DNA from: Candidatus Bathyarchaeum sp.
Lineage (GTDB): Archaea; Thermoproteota; Bathyarchaeia; Bathyarchaeales; Bathyarchaeaceae
Direction: 5' to 3'
Length of the DNA stretch: 64,000 bases
Assembly: GCA_026014495.1 (NCBI GenBank)
Contig: JAOZIF010000157.1
Coordinates: forward strand, 2,363 to 66,362
How positions within the stretch are numbered: the first letter of the stretch is position 1; every line of letters begins with the position of its first letter. A program made the position numbers and the translations under genes. The notes beneath the pieces are model-generated. The model did not search any database. It had not been told where the DNA came from and saw nothing but the letters and a program-made list of their open reading frames with translations. This document shows positions 18,550-27,336 of the stretch, piece after piece.

Positions 18550-19311
18550 ATGGTTGTAATCTTTATTATTGGAACTGCTGGGTCTGGAAAATCTCTTCTC
18601 ACGGCCTCGTTAAACGAGTGGCTCCACGTTGGAAAACAAAAATCAGTTACTGTAAACTTGGACCCTGGAGTTTTACATTTACCATACAAGCCCGACATTG
18701 ACATCCGCAACGAAATCAAGATTAACCAAATTATGGATGAGTATGGGCTTGGACCCAATGGCGCTCTGGTCTTGGCATCTGATTTGATAGCTGAGGAGGC
18801 TAAAAGAATCGGAGGCGAAATCGAGGACCTCCAATCAGATGTAGTTCTTGTGGACACTCCGGGACAAATGGAGTTGTTCGCCTTCAGAGCCAGTGGACCC
18901 TACATAGCAAACGAGCTAACAAATGAACAAAAGGCGCTAGTATACATGTTTGATGCCGTTTTCTCTTTCAATCCCCTAAACTACGTTTCGAACATGTTCC
19001 TTTCATCTGCAGTTTATAACAGGTTCTTCTTTCCACAGCTTCATGTGCTTTCAAAATGTGACCTACTTCCCCCTGAAGAGACTGCCCGTATTGTTGAATG
19101 GTCTAGCAACCCGGACGCCCTTGAAGCTGTTATCGAAGAGAAACTGAGCGGAACAAGAATGCTTCTCAGCAGAGACATGATGCACGCTATTTACAATTTG
19201 GGGTTAGAGTTCCAGTTGATACCTGTTTCTGGAAAAACGAACGAGGGCCTGATTGATCTTAGTTCTGCGTTGGAGCGCATTCTTGTTGGTGGAGAAAAGT
19301 TTACTATGTGA
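18550..19311 (+). CDS. GPN-loop GTPase
   Basis: Walker A GTAGSGKS, eponymous GLGPNGA loop, DTPGQME switch II. Confidence 0.85.
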   Translation: MVVIFIIGTAGSGKSLLTASLNEWLHVGKQKSVTVNLDPGVLHLPYKPDIDIRNEIKINQIMDEYGLGPNGALVLASDLIAEEAKRIGGEIEDLQSDVVLVDTPGQMELFAFRASGPYIANELTNEQKALVYMFDAVFSFNPLNYVSNMFLSSAVYNRFFFPQLHVLSKCDLLPPEETARIVEWSSNPDALEAVIEEKLSGTRMLLSRDMMHAIYNLGLEFQLIPVSGKTNEGLIDLSSALERILVGGEKFTM

Positions 19312-19475
19312 CTTTTGAGAACAGCTTGTTTAGACGACAATTAATGTGCATAAGCAACTTTTTGGCTGTTTCATGGTATTTAATAAGATTTTCGTTTTTA
19401 TGTCTATTTAAGTCATATCATGCCTAATCTATTATGCATAATGTTTATATTCGTCTCTATTATGAATCTGTAGCC

Positions 19476-19967
19476 ATGATGAAAAAGAGAATGCTCAAGC
19501 TTCTGTTTGAGCTTATGAAGAATGCAAAAAGAAGCGACAGGGAAATCGCAAAAATCATCGGCGTTTCACAACCAACCATAACCCGAATGAGACAGAGGCT
19601 AGAGAAAACGGCCATAGTAGACTATACAGTTATACCCGATTGGACTGAAATTGGGTTCGAAATTATGGCCATGACCTTAGTTAAATCTAAAGGATTACCC
19701 GAAGTAACTGAAAAAGCAAAGAAATGGGCTGTTAACAATCCTAATGTTGTTTTCGCTGCAGGAGGCGAGGGCATGGGAATGGATTATTCAATAATTTCTT
19801 TCCACAAAAATTACTCTGGTTACTCCAGTTTCATTGATGGCCTGAAAACAGAGTTGGCTGACGATTTGCAAGACATCCAGAGCTTCCTTATGGCAACGGG
19901 TGAAAATAAAACGCTAAAGCCGCTATCCCTAAAGTATCTGGAAAAGACTGCAGAAGATGCCGACTAG
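19476..19967 (+). CDS. Lrp/AsnC-type HTH transcriptional regulator-like protein
   Basis: N-terminal wHTH LLFELMKNAKRSDREIAKIIGVSQPTITRMRQRLEK. Start taken at MMKKR; the listed ORF begins at 19434. Confidence 0.65.
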   Translation: MMKKRMLKLLFELMKNAKRSDREIAKIIGVSQPTITRMRQRLEKTAIVDYTVIPDWTEIGFEIMAMTLVKSKGLPEVTEKAKKWAVNNPNVVFAAGGEGMGMDYSIISFHKNYSGYSSFIDGLKTELADDLQDIQSFLMATGENKTLKPLSLKYLEKTAEDAD

Positions 19968-20104
19968 GCAACGCCGAAGAACAAACCATCGCTCCCATCC
20001 TTTTCTTTTTTCCAGAACATTTTTTAGCCCCTATTGTTATTTTCGATTTCTCCGACGTGGATAGAAAGCCTTAATTTAATGGCTTATCCCAAAAGCATGG
20101 AAAA

Positions 20105-20197
20105 GGGTCCGTAGCTTAGCAAGGAAGAGCAACTTGCGCCTAAAGCACCGGGCTTTTAACCCGGGGGTCAGGGGTTCAATTCCCCTCGGACCCGCCA
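20105..20197 (+). tRNA. tRNA-Lys (anticodon TTT) with a ~15-16 nt non-canonical insertion between D-arm and anticodon stem; CCA encoded
   Basis: Hand fold. Acceptor: GGGTCCG/CGGACCC. D-arm: GCTT-AGCAAGGAA-GAGC. Anticodon arm: CCGGG-CTTTTAA-CCCGG (20148-20164). T-arm: AGGGG-TTCAATT-CCCCT. Ends with discriminator G and CCA. About 16 extra nt lie at about 20131-20147. Confidence 0.8.
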
Positions 20198-20205
20198 AGC
20201 ACGTT

Positions 20206-21138
20206 CTAATTGTTTAGTATGTCTACTTGTTTGCCGATTTTTTCTTTCAAAGCCTTCGTGTACGCAACATTTGCTGCGGCAGCATCTTGTATAGCAAGCC
20301 CCGTAGACGCAAAAATTGTAACTTCTTCAGGTTCTCTTCTTCCAGCCTTCAGTCCAGCAACAATTTCACAGATGTCGCCCCAAACATCTTCTTGTTTAAT
20401 AATTCCTTTAGAGAACGGGACATTAATTTCACCTCCGTGAACGCTTTGCTCCCAATCATCAATAACAATTTTTGCCTTCAACAGAACGGCTGGATCCAAT
20501 TCCTGTTTACCCGGGGCATCTGCGCCAATACAGTTGATGTGTGTTCCGTCGTTTATCCACTCTGCAGACACCAAAGGTTTTCTTGAGGGCGTAGCAGTTA
20601 CCACAATGTCCGCGTCTTGCACTGCACTTTTGACGTTTTTTACAGAACAAATGTTTACGTGCTGATACTTTGCTTTCATCTCTTTAGCATACGATACCGC
20701 GGCTTTTTCGTTCAGGTCCCATGCTTTCACTTCTTTGATAGTCTCAAAGACCGTTTGAAGTCCAATTAATTGTGTTCTAGCTTGAGTTCCTGCACCTACA
20801 ATTCCAACAGTTTTTGGGTTTGGATTAGCAAGGTGCTTTGCTGCTATTGCTCCAGCTGCGCCAGTTCGTAAGGCGGTAATCCTTGTTCCTCCCATTATCG
20901 CTTTAGGAACACCCGTTTTGGGGTCAACAAGTATTATTGTTGCCATAACTGTGGGTAATCCGTATTTTCGGTTTTCAGGATGAGAATTCACAACCTTTAC
21001 TGTAACCACGTCAGTTTCTTGGAGGTATGCGGGCATTGTTCTTAGGTCGCCATTGTATTTTTCAATGAAAATGTATTGTTTAGGAGGCATTTGGGTGCGA
21101 CCTGTTGCCTTCATTTTGAATGCTGATTCAACAGCCAC
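20206..21138 (-). CDS. Ornithine cyclodeaminase/mu-crystallin family protein (archaeal alanine dehydrogenase-like)
   Basis: Rossmann motif VGIVGAGTQARTQL with family-typical length. The conserved-looking N-terminus KTLILSEEDIKNVISLDEVI continues in frame upstream of the listed GTG, up to ATT at 21201-21199. Confidence 0.8.
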   Translation of the reverse strand: MAVESAFKMKATGRTQMPPKQYIFIEKYNGDLRTMPAYLQETDVVTVKVVNSHPENRKYGLPTVMATIILVDPKTGVPKAIMGGTRITALRTGAAGAIAAKHLANPNPKTVGIVGAGTQARTQLIGLQTVFETIKEVKAWDLNEKAAVSYAKEMKAKYQHVNICSVKNVKSAVQDADIVVTATPSRKPLVSAEWINDGTHINCIGADAPGKQELDPAVLLKAKIVIDDWEQSVHGGEINVPFSKGIIKQEDVWGDICEIVAGLKAGRREPEEVTIFASTGLAIQDAAAANVAYTKALKEKIGKQVDILNN

Positions 21139-21373
21139 TATTACTTCATCAAGTGAGATTACGTTTTTTATGTCTTCTTCTGATAAAATTAGCGTTTTAA
21201 TTTCCTTTCAGCCCCCCTTATTGATTACTCTGAAGTTCTGCTTTAATGTTACTTGCTTCTCTTTTTTGAAAACAATACAGCCAACGCTGTTGAGCCGATA
21301 AATGCCAAAATACTGAATTTGAATTCTGGACTAACTGTATAACTGTAATGTTTTCCTGCGATGTCTTCTACGC

Positions 21374-22936
21374 CTAAGGTTTGTCTTTAGTCATCCCTGC
21401 AAGCTTCATTAATGGCTGTAACGCTTTTCTTCCATGTTTCCACCTGTAATACAGCACATAAGCAAGCATAGTCACAAACCTTGCAGTCCATTGGGTTCCA
21501 TCAGTAAAAATTTCTATGTTACTTCTCCAGCAAGTAGCCAAAAGCTCCCACTGAAGAGGGGTTAAATGCTTCAAATCCATGTGACGAGCTTGCTTAAGCA
21601 TACACTCATCTTCTGACGTAAACAAAAGAGGCACATAAAACAGTTTATTACGTTTCAGTTTGTCTACGAGCTCAAGGGTCGCTAATGTGTCCTCTTCAGT
21701 TTCTTCAGGCAACCCAACAATCAATGTTGCCAAAGGCCAAATGTAATTCTCATTCATGATGTCAATTGCCTTAGTTACCACATCTTGCCACTCTTCAGGC
21801 TTGTATGGAATCATCTTTCTAGGCATGTACTTTTTCATTAACCGAACGCTTCCAGTTTCTATCCCAACTTCAACCGAGCTGTGGCGCGTATCATTAGTAA
21901 GCCAGTATGATTTCTCGCGGAGAACTGCCCCAACCTCTGTAACCATTTCAGGGTCACAGACAACAGGTGCCAGAGCCGCATGTGCAGGTTGAATGAATTC
22001 TACTTCGGGAACCGCAGCGATTGAATTGATTAGTTTGACAATTGCTTGACGGTTTGGTTGAAATTGGTCTTTGCATTTATACAGAAAAATGTCTTCGCCT
22101 GCTAGCAATATCATTCTTGCTCCATGTTCTGCGTTAAGTTTGACTTCCCGCATTATATGTTCAAGTGGGAACGAGTGACGTTTTCTCATCATTGGTGAGC
22201 AAAACTTGCATCCCCGTCCGCAACCTCGCGTAATTTCCACGGTTCCAAACATTGATGGATTAACAATTGGACAGATTTCGTTTGGGTTTGGCTGCTCAGT
22301 TTCAACCACTCTTGGAAGTTTTTCGCCGTTGATTGCTTTACGGAAGACCTCTATGGCAGTTTTTTCACCTTCTCCGATGACTATGCAATCAATTTTGTAT
22401 CTCTTTTGCAGTTTTGTCCTGTGAATTTGCCATGCGCCTGCTCCGCCAAGAACTATTTTTGCGCCCCACCTGTGCAGAATTGGGTTTGTGATAAGGTCTC
22501 TGAATTCTGCGGCAGCCACGGGTTCTCCTCCAAAACCGACAAGGGATGTGTATGTTCTGCTCACAAAGCCTGTTCCAGCAGGTTCCATTGAAGTTATTCC
22601 TATTACTTTGGTGTTTGGTCCAACAAACGTTTTCAGGTCGTAAGGATGAACTACTGCAACCTTTTGTTCCCCAAACTCCCTGATTAGTGATGCCTCAATT
22701 TTTCTTACTCCATATGGCGCAAATTTTGCGGTGTAATCTCCATTTGTGGGAACTCTTGGATACCAATATTTTCTTAGTAGAAACCTTGGAATGATTGCTG
22801 TTGGAAATCCTCCAGTGAATGCCCTGAATGGACTAAGATTAAAGTCACTCATATCAGTAGCTGAGCCCGTAAGAACAATAGGAACCCCCTGCGCCGGAGT
22901 TGCGGCGCCATCTTTTATACCCATAATAGCGCGCAT
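21374..22936 (-). CDS. Radical SAM protein with N-terminal Rossmann-like (B12-binding-like) domain, 520 aa
   Basis: CX3CX2C in EITRGCGRGCKFCSP. A flavodoxin-like alternating pattern precedes it (VIGITSMEPAGTG...IVLGGAGAW). Confidence 0.75.
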   Translation of the reverse strand: MRAIMGIKDGAATPAQGVPIVLTGSATDMSDFNLSPFRAFTGGFPTAIIPRFLLRKYWYPRVPTNGDYTAKFAPYGVRKIEASLIREFGEQKVAVVHPYDLKTFVGPNTKVIGITSMEPAGTGFVSRTYTSLVGFGGEPVAAAEFRDLITNPILHRWGAKIVLGGAGAWQIHRTKLQKRYKIDCIVIGEGEKTAIEVFRKAINGEKLPRVVETEQPNPNEICPIVNPSMFGTVEITRGCGRGCKFCSPMMRKRHSFPLEHIMREVKLNAEHGARMILLAGEDIFLYKCKDQFQPNRQAIVKLINSIAAVPEVEFIQPAHAALAPVVCDPEMVTEVGAVLREKSYWLTNDTRHSSVEVGIETGSVRLMKKYMPRKMIPYKPEEWQDVVTKAIDIMNENYIWPLATLIVGLPEETEEDTLATLELVDKLKRNKLFYVPLLFTSEDECMLKQARHMDLKHLTPLQWELLATCWRSNIEIFTDGTQWTARFVTMLAYVLYYRWKHGRKALQPLMKLAGMTKDKP

Positions 22937-23027
22937 TTATCGTACAACATTTAAGAGCTTTGCTGTGCCTTTTTTGGTTGTACTCTTAGTGAGTGTTCAA
23001 AGAAGGTGAATTCAGGAGAAAGTTTCC

Positions 23028-24398
23028 ATGAAGACTGAAAGCTGGTTACAATGCATTATTCCTAGTTGCGGAAAAAAATATCCCATAACAGAACGGAGAA
23101 CCGCCTGTGACTGTGGCGAACTCTTAGATGTACGATACAATGGAACTTTTCCCAAGAGCTTACAGAAAACGTTCTCTGAACGCCTAAGTCATGGGCAAAA
23201 CATCTTTAATGAAAGCGGGGTTTGGCGATATCGCGAGTTACTTAATTTTGCTGGAGTAGACACAGAGAATCCTTCTGATTGTAGCAAAAAACTGGTTTCT
23301 CTAGATGGTGCTGAAGGTAGAACAAAACCGTTTCATTTGACCCGAGTTGCCGATTATGTTGGATTAAAAACTGCCAACTTTTGGCTACAGTTTGAAGGTG
23401 ATAACCCAACAGGCTCTTTCAAAGATAATGGTATGGCATCTGCTTTTACGCATGCACGGATGGTTGGCGCCAAAAAGGTTGTTTGTGCCTCTACTGGGAA
23501 CACTTCAAGTTCTGCTGCTGCGTTTGCTGCCAACGAGTTGGATATGCAGGCAGTGATTCTTGTTGGAGAAGGCAAGATTGCGAAAGGCAAGCTTGCTCAG
23601 TCTTTGGCGTATGGCGCTAAAGTGTTGCAGGTGAGAGGCGATTTTGATGTCGCAATGGCTATGGTGCAGGCGCTTTCAAAAGAGAGCAGCATCTACGTAG
23701 TTAACTCTTTGAACTGTTTCCGTCTTGAAGGCCAAAAAACCATGATGTTTAGGATACTAGATTATCTGCGTTGGCACGTTCCTGACTGGATTGTGTTTCC
23801 TGGCGGAAACTTGGGTAACACTTCGGCTTTCGGTAAGGCATTCATGGAGCTTTACGAGTATGGCTGGATAAAAAAGAAGCCTCGGATGGCAGTGGTTGTT
23901 GCGGAGGGTGCGCCTACATTGTCTGACCTGTATAATGAGCATGAGTTACGGTGGAACAACGGAAACATAGACAACACCATTATTGATGATTACTACAGTG
24001 AAGTAGACAGAAAAGGAATAAAAGCGAAAACAAGGGCAAGCGCAATCGAAATTCTAAAGCCCGTGAACCTAAAGAAGGCAATTCGTACCTTAGAATTCAC
24101 TGACGGTGTTGTAACAACTGTTTCTGACGAAGCCATAATGGATTCCATGGCCATGGTAAGCAAGAACGGTTTTGGTTGTGAACCTGCTTCTGCTGCAACT
24201 GTGGCTGGAACCAAAAAACTGGTGGAACAGGGCATAATCGGCGCTGACGATAGCGTGGTCGGAATTGCAACTGGTCACATTCTGAAGGATGTTACGGCAA
24301 TCGTGGACTACCATTTTAACCCAAAAAACAGGTTTGCCAACACGCCAATAACCGTTGAGCCAGACGTAAAAGAAATACTAAAACTTGCAGACAGTTAA
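23028..24398 (+). CDS. thrC: Threonine synthase with N-terminal zinc-ribbon
   Basis: PLP-lysine motif GDNPTGSFKDNGM. N-terminal CIIPSCGK...CDCG ribbon. 456 aa. Confidence 0.9.
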   Translation: MKTESWLQCIIPSCGKKYPITERRTACDCGELLDVRYNGTFPKSLQKTFSERLSHGQNIFNESGVWRYRELLNFAGVDTENPSDCSKKLVSLDGAEGRTKPFHLTRVADYVGLKTANFWLQFEGDNPTGSFKDNGMASAFTHARMVGAKKVVCASTGNTSSSAAAFAANELDMQAVILVGEGKIAKGKLAQSLAYGAKVLQVRGDFDVAMAMVQALSKESSIYVVNSLNCFRLEGQKTMMFRILDYLRWHVPDWIVFPGGNLGNTSAFGKAFMELYEYGWIKKKPRMAVVVAEGAPTLSDLYNEHELRWNNGNIDNTIIDDYYSEVDRKGIKAKTRASAIEILKPVNLKKAIRTLEFTDGVVTTVSDEAIMDSMAMVSKNGFGCEPASAATVAGTKKLVEQGIIGADDSVVGIATGHILKDVTAIVDYHFNPKNRFANTPITVEPDVKEILKLADS

Positions 24399-24420
24399 CC
24401 CCAATTTGAGCCTGTCTTTT

Positions 24421-24672
24421 TTAGACTGCACCGATGAAGCTCATTGCCTGAGCCATAATGAAAAACAGGAATATGCTGCTACTGAGTTTGGAGCCTACCT
24501 TCCAGACGACAGCGATGAGAATCATTATTGTCGCCATTTGTATCATTTGTTGAGACACTGTGACGCCCAAGTTCTCTAAAATAAAGCCAATAAGAAAGGT
24601 TACCCCATCTCCGATACACTGCAATCCCGTTAATATTTGACCTAAGGCTTCGATTAGGTCTGCGCTCAACAT
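24421..24672 (-). CDS. Small hydrophobic hypothetical protein (83 aa)
   Basis: ORF with two or three hydrophobic segments. No motif. Confidence 0.3.
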   Translation of the reverse strand: MLSADLIEALGQILTGLQCIGDGVTFLIGFILENLGVTVSQQMIQMATIMILIAVVWKVGSKLSSSIFLFFIMAQAMSFIGAV

Positions 24673-24967
24673 CTTTTTTCAACCCCCAGACTCTACAATG
24701 AGGCTCAACTATCGTTAAGGTCAAACAATTTATCAACCTTGCGCGGGATGACTCCATACGTGAAATACAGCAAACTAATTGACAGCATCAATAATGCCCT
24801 TGTTTACTGACCTCGCATATAGATTTCAGCTTATTTTTTATACAATTTTTGTTTCCCAATACGTAATCTGAAATATTGTTGCTCCTAAACTATCTCACAT
24901 TGAGGAGCACTTTGTCCACGGAACTTGTTTTATCTGCACTTTATGCACCGTTTACTATTGGTACACT

Positions 24968-25093
24968 ATGTTTGAAGAGATTTCGCTTTCAAGTGGAGAG
25001 TTGATTCTCGTTCTCTTTGGTTTCCTGTTTCTGTTCATTGTAGTTTACGGTTTTCTGTCATTACGGGCAGTAAAATACCTGAAACCAATATAG
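24968..25093 (+). CDS. Possible 41-aa single-TM micro-protein
   Basis: My own translation: MFEEISLSSGELILVLFGFLFLFIVVYGFLSLRAVKYLKPI. Below the ORF-track size cut-off. No clear RBS. Confidence 0.2.
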   Translation: MFEEISLSSGELILVLFGFLFLFIVVYGFLSLRAVKYLKPI

Positions 25094-25165
25094 TCCACAT
25101 CAATTATCGACCTTTTTGGAATGAAAAATTTAAGTACAAGTCTGCTTCTTTCTAGGGAATTGGAT

Positions 25166-25243
25166 GCCCTGGTAGTATAGTCAGGCCTAGTATAGGCGGC
25201 TGTCGCCCGCCCGACCCGGGTTCAAATCCCGGCCAGGGCGCCA
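25166..25243 (+). tRNA. tRNA-Asp (anticodon GTC), CCA encoded
   Basis: Hand fold. Acceptor: GCCCTGG/CCAGGGC. D-arm: GTAT-AGTCAGGCCTA-GTAT. Anticodon arm: GGCGG-CTGTCGC-CCGCC. T-arm: CCGGG-TTCAAAT-CCCGG. Ends with G and CCA. Confidence 0.9.
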
Positions 25244-25324
25244 CTATTTTCATCCTGGTTTTTGATGTTTTTGAGTTCTTGCTTTGAGCTTTTTTTTAAC
25301 CTTTTTTTGCAACTTTAAATAGTA

Positions 25325-25356
25325 TGATATCCTAAACTGATATCGTGATTTGATAT
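25325..25356 (+). promoter_or_regulatory. Three TGATAT boxes in 13-nt register at the padR start (candidate operator)
   Basis: TGATAT occurs at 25325, 25338 and 25351. The last overlaps the TTG start at 25350. Confidence 0.3.
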
Positions 25357-25652
25357 TGATTCGGAGTTTTTTCTTAGGATTCATCAAAATTCACATCCTA
25401 TATCATGCGACTAAAGAGCCGATTTATGGAGTTGGGATTATGAAAGAGATTGCGCGGCATGGGTATGCTGTTGGTCCAAGTCTAATCTATCCTACTCTGC
25501 AGTCTTTGGAAAAGCAGGGGCTCCTGAAAAGCAGTAAACGTGTTGTTGGAGGCAAAGTTAGGAAATATTACAAAACAACTGAGAAAGGTCGTGAACTTTT
25601 GGAGGAGTCTATGACAAAGATAGTTGAGCTTGTTAATGAGGTGCTTAAATGA
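25350..25652 (+). CDS. padR: PadR family transcriptional regulator
   Basis: GFIKIHILYHATKEPIYGVGIMKEIARHGY...PSLIYPTLQSLEKQGLL is the canonical PadR wHTH pattern. Confidence 0.8.
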   Translation: MILIRSFFLGFIKIHILYHATKEPIYGVGIMKEIARHGYAVGPSLIYPTLQSLEKQGLLKSSKRVVGGKVRKYYKTTEKGRELLEESMTKIVELVNEVLK

Positions 25653-26839
25653 ATCACTGTGAGAAAAATGATGATGATTCCCAAAAAAACATCTTTGCTT
25701 TGGGCTTTGTTAGTTTCTTCACTGACCTGTCCAGTGAGATGGTTTTCAGTCTTTTGCCAACTTTTTTGTTGGGTTTGCCTGGTGCCAGTACCGCCATGTT
25801 AGGGTTTATTGAGGGTTTTGCTGAAGCTTTGAGTTATGCTTTGCGTGCGGTTTCTGGAATTTTTTCTGACAAGTTCCGTAAACGGAAACCGTTTGTTTTG
25901 GCTGGGTATGCTTTGTCAAATGCTGTTAAGCCTTTTTTTGCTGTTGCTAAGGTGCCCTTTGATGTTTTGTTGATACGGGTTACTGATCGTGTTGGTAAGG
26001 CTGTTCGTACTTCTCCGCGTGATGCTCTTATTTGTGAATCTGTTTCTGAGACGCGACGGGGTGCTGCTTTTGGTTTACATCGTACTCTTGACCAGGCAGG
26101 AGCTATTGTGGGTCCTGTGATTGCTTCCGCAGTTATGGTTATGCTTAGTTTCACTGTTAGAGATGTTTTCTGGCTGTCGCTGATACCTGGAGCTATAGCC
26201 TTGTTCATCATTTTGTTTTTTGTTAAGGAACGCGCCAGCAAATCCGTTGGTGACTTAAAATTGCTTGAGGGTGTCAAGTCTGTTTTGAAGGGCAACTTTG
26301 CAGGGCTCCTTATTGTTGTCGGGATTTTTTCTTTAGGTGCATTCAATTACTCTTTTGTTCTGCTTAATGCTCAGGAGGCTGGTGTTTCTAACTCGTTTAT
26401 TCCTCTTGTTTATGCAGTTGTTAACGTTGCACATGCTTCTATTGCGATTCCTGCAGGTGTTCTGTCTGACAAAATCGGTAAGGAGAAGGTGATGCTTTTT
26501 GGTTATGGCATTTTTCTTTCTACAGTAATGATGCTGCTTTTGCTTCCTGCAACTGGTTATGTTGCTGTTTTGATTGCGCTTTTGTATGGCGCTTATCTTG
26601 GTGTTGTTGAGACCGTTCAGAGAGCATTGATCCCCAATTTTGTGGAGCAAAAACTGAGAGGAACAGCTTACGGGTTGTATTATCTTGTTGTTGGTTTGGC
26701 GTTTTTTGTTTCTAATGCTGTTGTCGGAACGTTGTGGGATTACTTTGGTTCTTCGATTGCATCCCTTTACAGTGTGGTCTTATCTGCTATTGCTGTTTTG
26801 GCTATGGTTTTGTTTATTAAGAAAAAGGCTTTACAGTAG
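25649..26839 (+). CDS. MFS transporter
   Basis: About 12 hydrophobic segments with an MFS-like loop motif DKFRKRKP between TM2 and TM3. ATGA overlap with padR. Confidence 0.8.
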   Translation: MNHCEKNDDDSQKNIFALGFVSFFTDLSSEMVFSLLPTFLLGLPGASTAMLGFIEGFAEALSYALRAVSGIFSDKFRKRKPFVLAGYALSNAVKPFFAVAKVPFDVLLIRVTDRVGKAVRTSPRDALICESVSETRRGAAFGLHRTLDQAGAIVGPVIASAVMVMLSFTVRDVFWLSLIPGAIALFIILFFVKERASKSVGDLKLLEGVKSVLKGNFAGLLIVVGIFSLGAFNYSFVLLNAQEAGVSNSFIPLVYAVVNVAHASIAIPAGVLSDKIGKEKVMLFGYGIFLSTVMMLLLLPATGYVAVLIALLYGAYLGVVETVQRALIPNFVEQKLRGTAYGLYYLVVGLAFFVSNAVVGTLWDYFGSSIASLYSVVLSAIAVLAMVLFIKKKALQ

Positions 26840-27211
26840 ATTCTGGTCAATCAGGTTTTCTACCTTTTTTTTGTTTGCAAGTGAGCAGTATACCCATTTT
26901 CCTTTTTTTGTGCGGTTGACTATGCCTGCGTTTTCTAGTATTTGGATGTGGTGAGAGAGGTTTGGCTGGGTCATGTTGAGGCATATCATTAGTTCGCATA
27001 CGCACATTTCTTTTATTGTTAAGAGTTTTATTATTCGGAGTCTTTTTTCATCGGATAGGGCTTTGAAGAATTTGCTTTTTTTCTTTGCGGTTTTGGTGTC
27101 TGCGACGTTGTCTGCTAGTTGTAGTAGTTCTTTGCGGTATTCTTCGGCGACTTCTGCTTGGCAGAGCTCTGTTTCTGTTAGTCTTTTTAGTCTTTGGTTG
27201 AGGTTTTTCAT
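26831..27211 (-). CDS. arsR: ArsR/SmtB family metalloregulator
   Basis: FKALSDEKRLRIIKLL, metal-site MCVCEL, and recognition helix QPNLSHHIQILENAGIV. Confidence 0.8.
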   Translation of the reverse strand: MKNLNQRLKRLTETELCQAEVAEEYRKELLQLADNVADTKTAKKKSKFFKALSDEKRLRIIKLLTIKEMCVCELMICLNMTQPNLSHHIQILENAGIVNRTKKGKWVYCSLANKKKVENLIDQNLL

Positions 27212-27336
27212 GTGGTTTTCACTGTATTTTAGTGTGGATGTATCTAAATATGTTTATGTAAACAAAACGTATAAATATATCTAAAATTATTTATATGTTA
27301 TTGGTGTTAAGAACCAAAAAGGAAGTGACAAAAAAC

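Noticed and set aside
21374-21392. Programmed -1 frameshift joining the radical SAM ORF to the PEF-like tail
   Set aside because: There is no X-XXY-YYZ slippery heptamer. The tail frame has a TAA at 21389-21387, leaving only about 12 nt for a shift. A TM anchor on this cytoplasmic-type enzyme is also implausible.
25834-26650. 170-aa and 105-aa minus-strand ORFs
   Set aside because: Antisense to the MFS transporter gene. They reflect its strong G/T coding bias.
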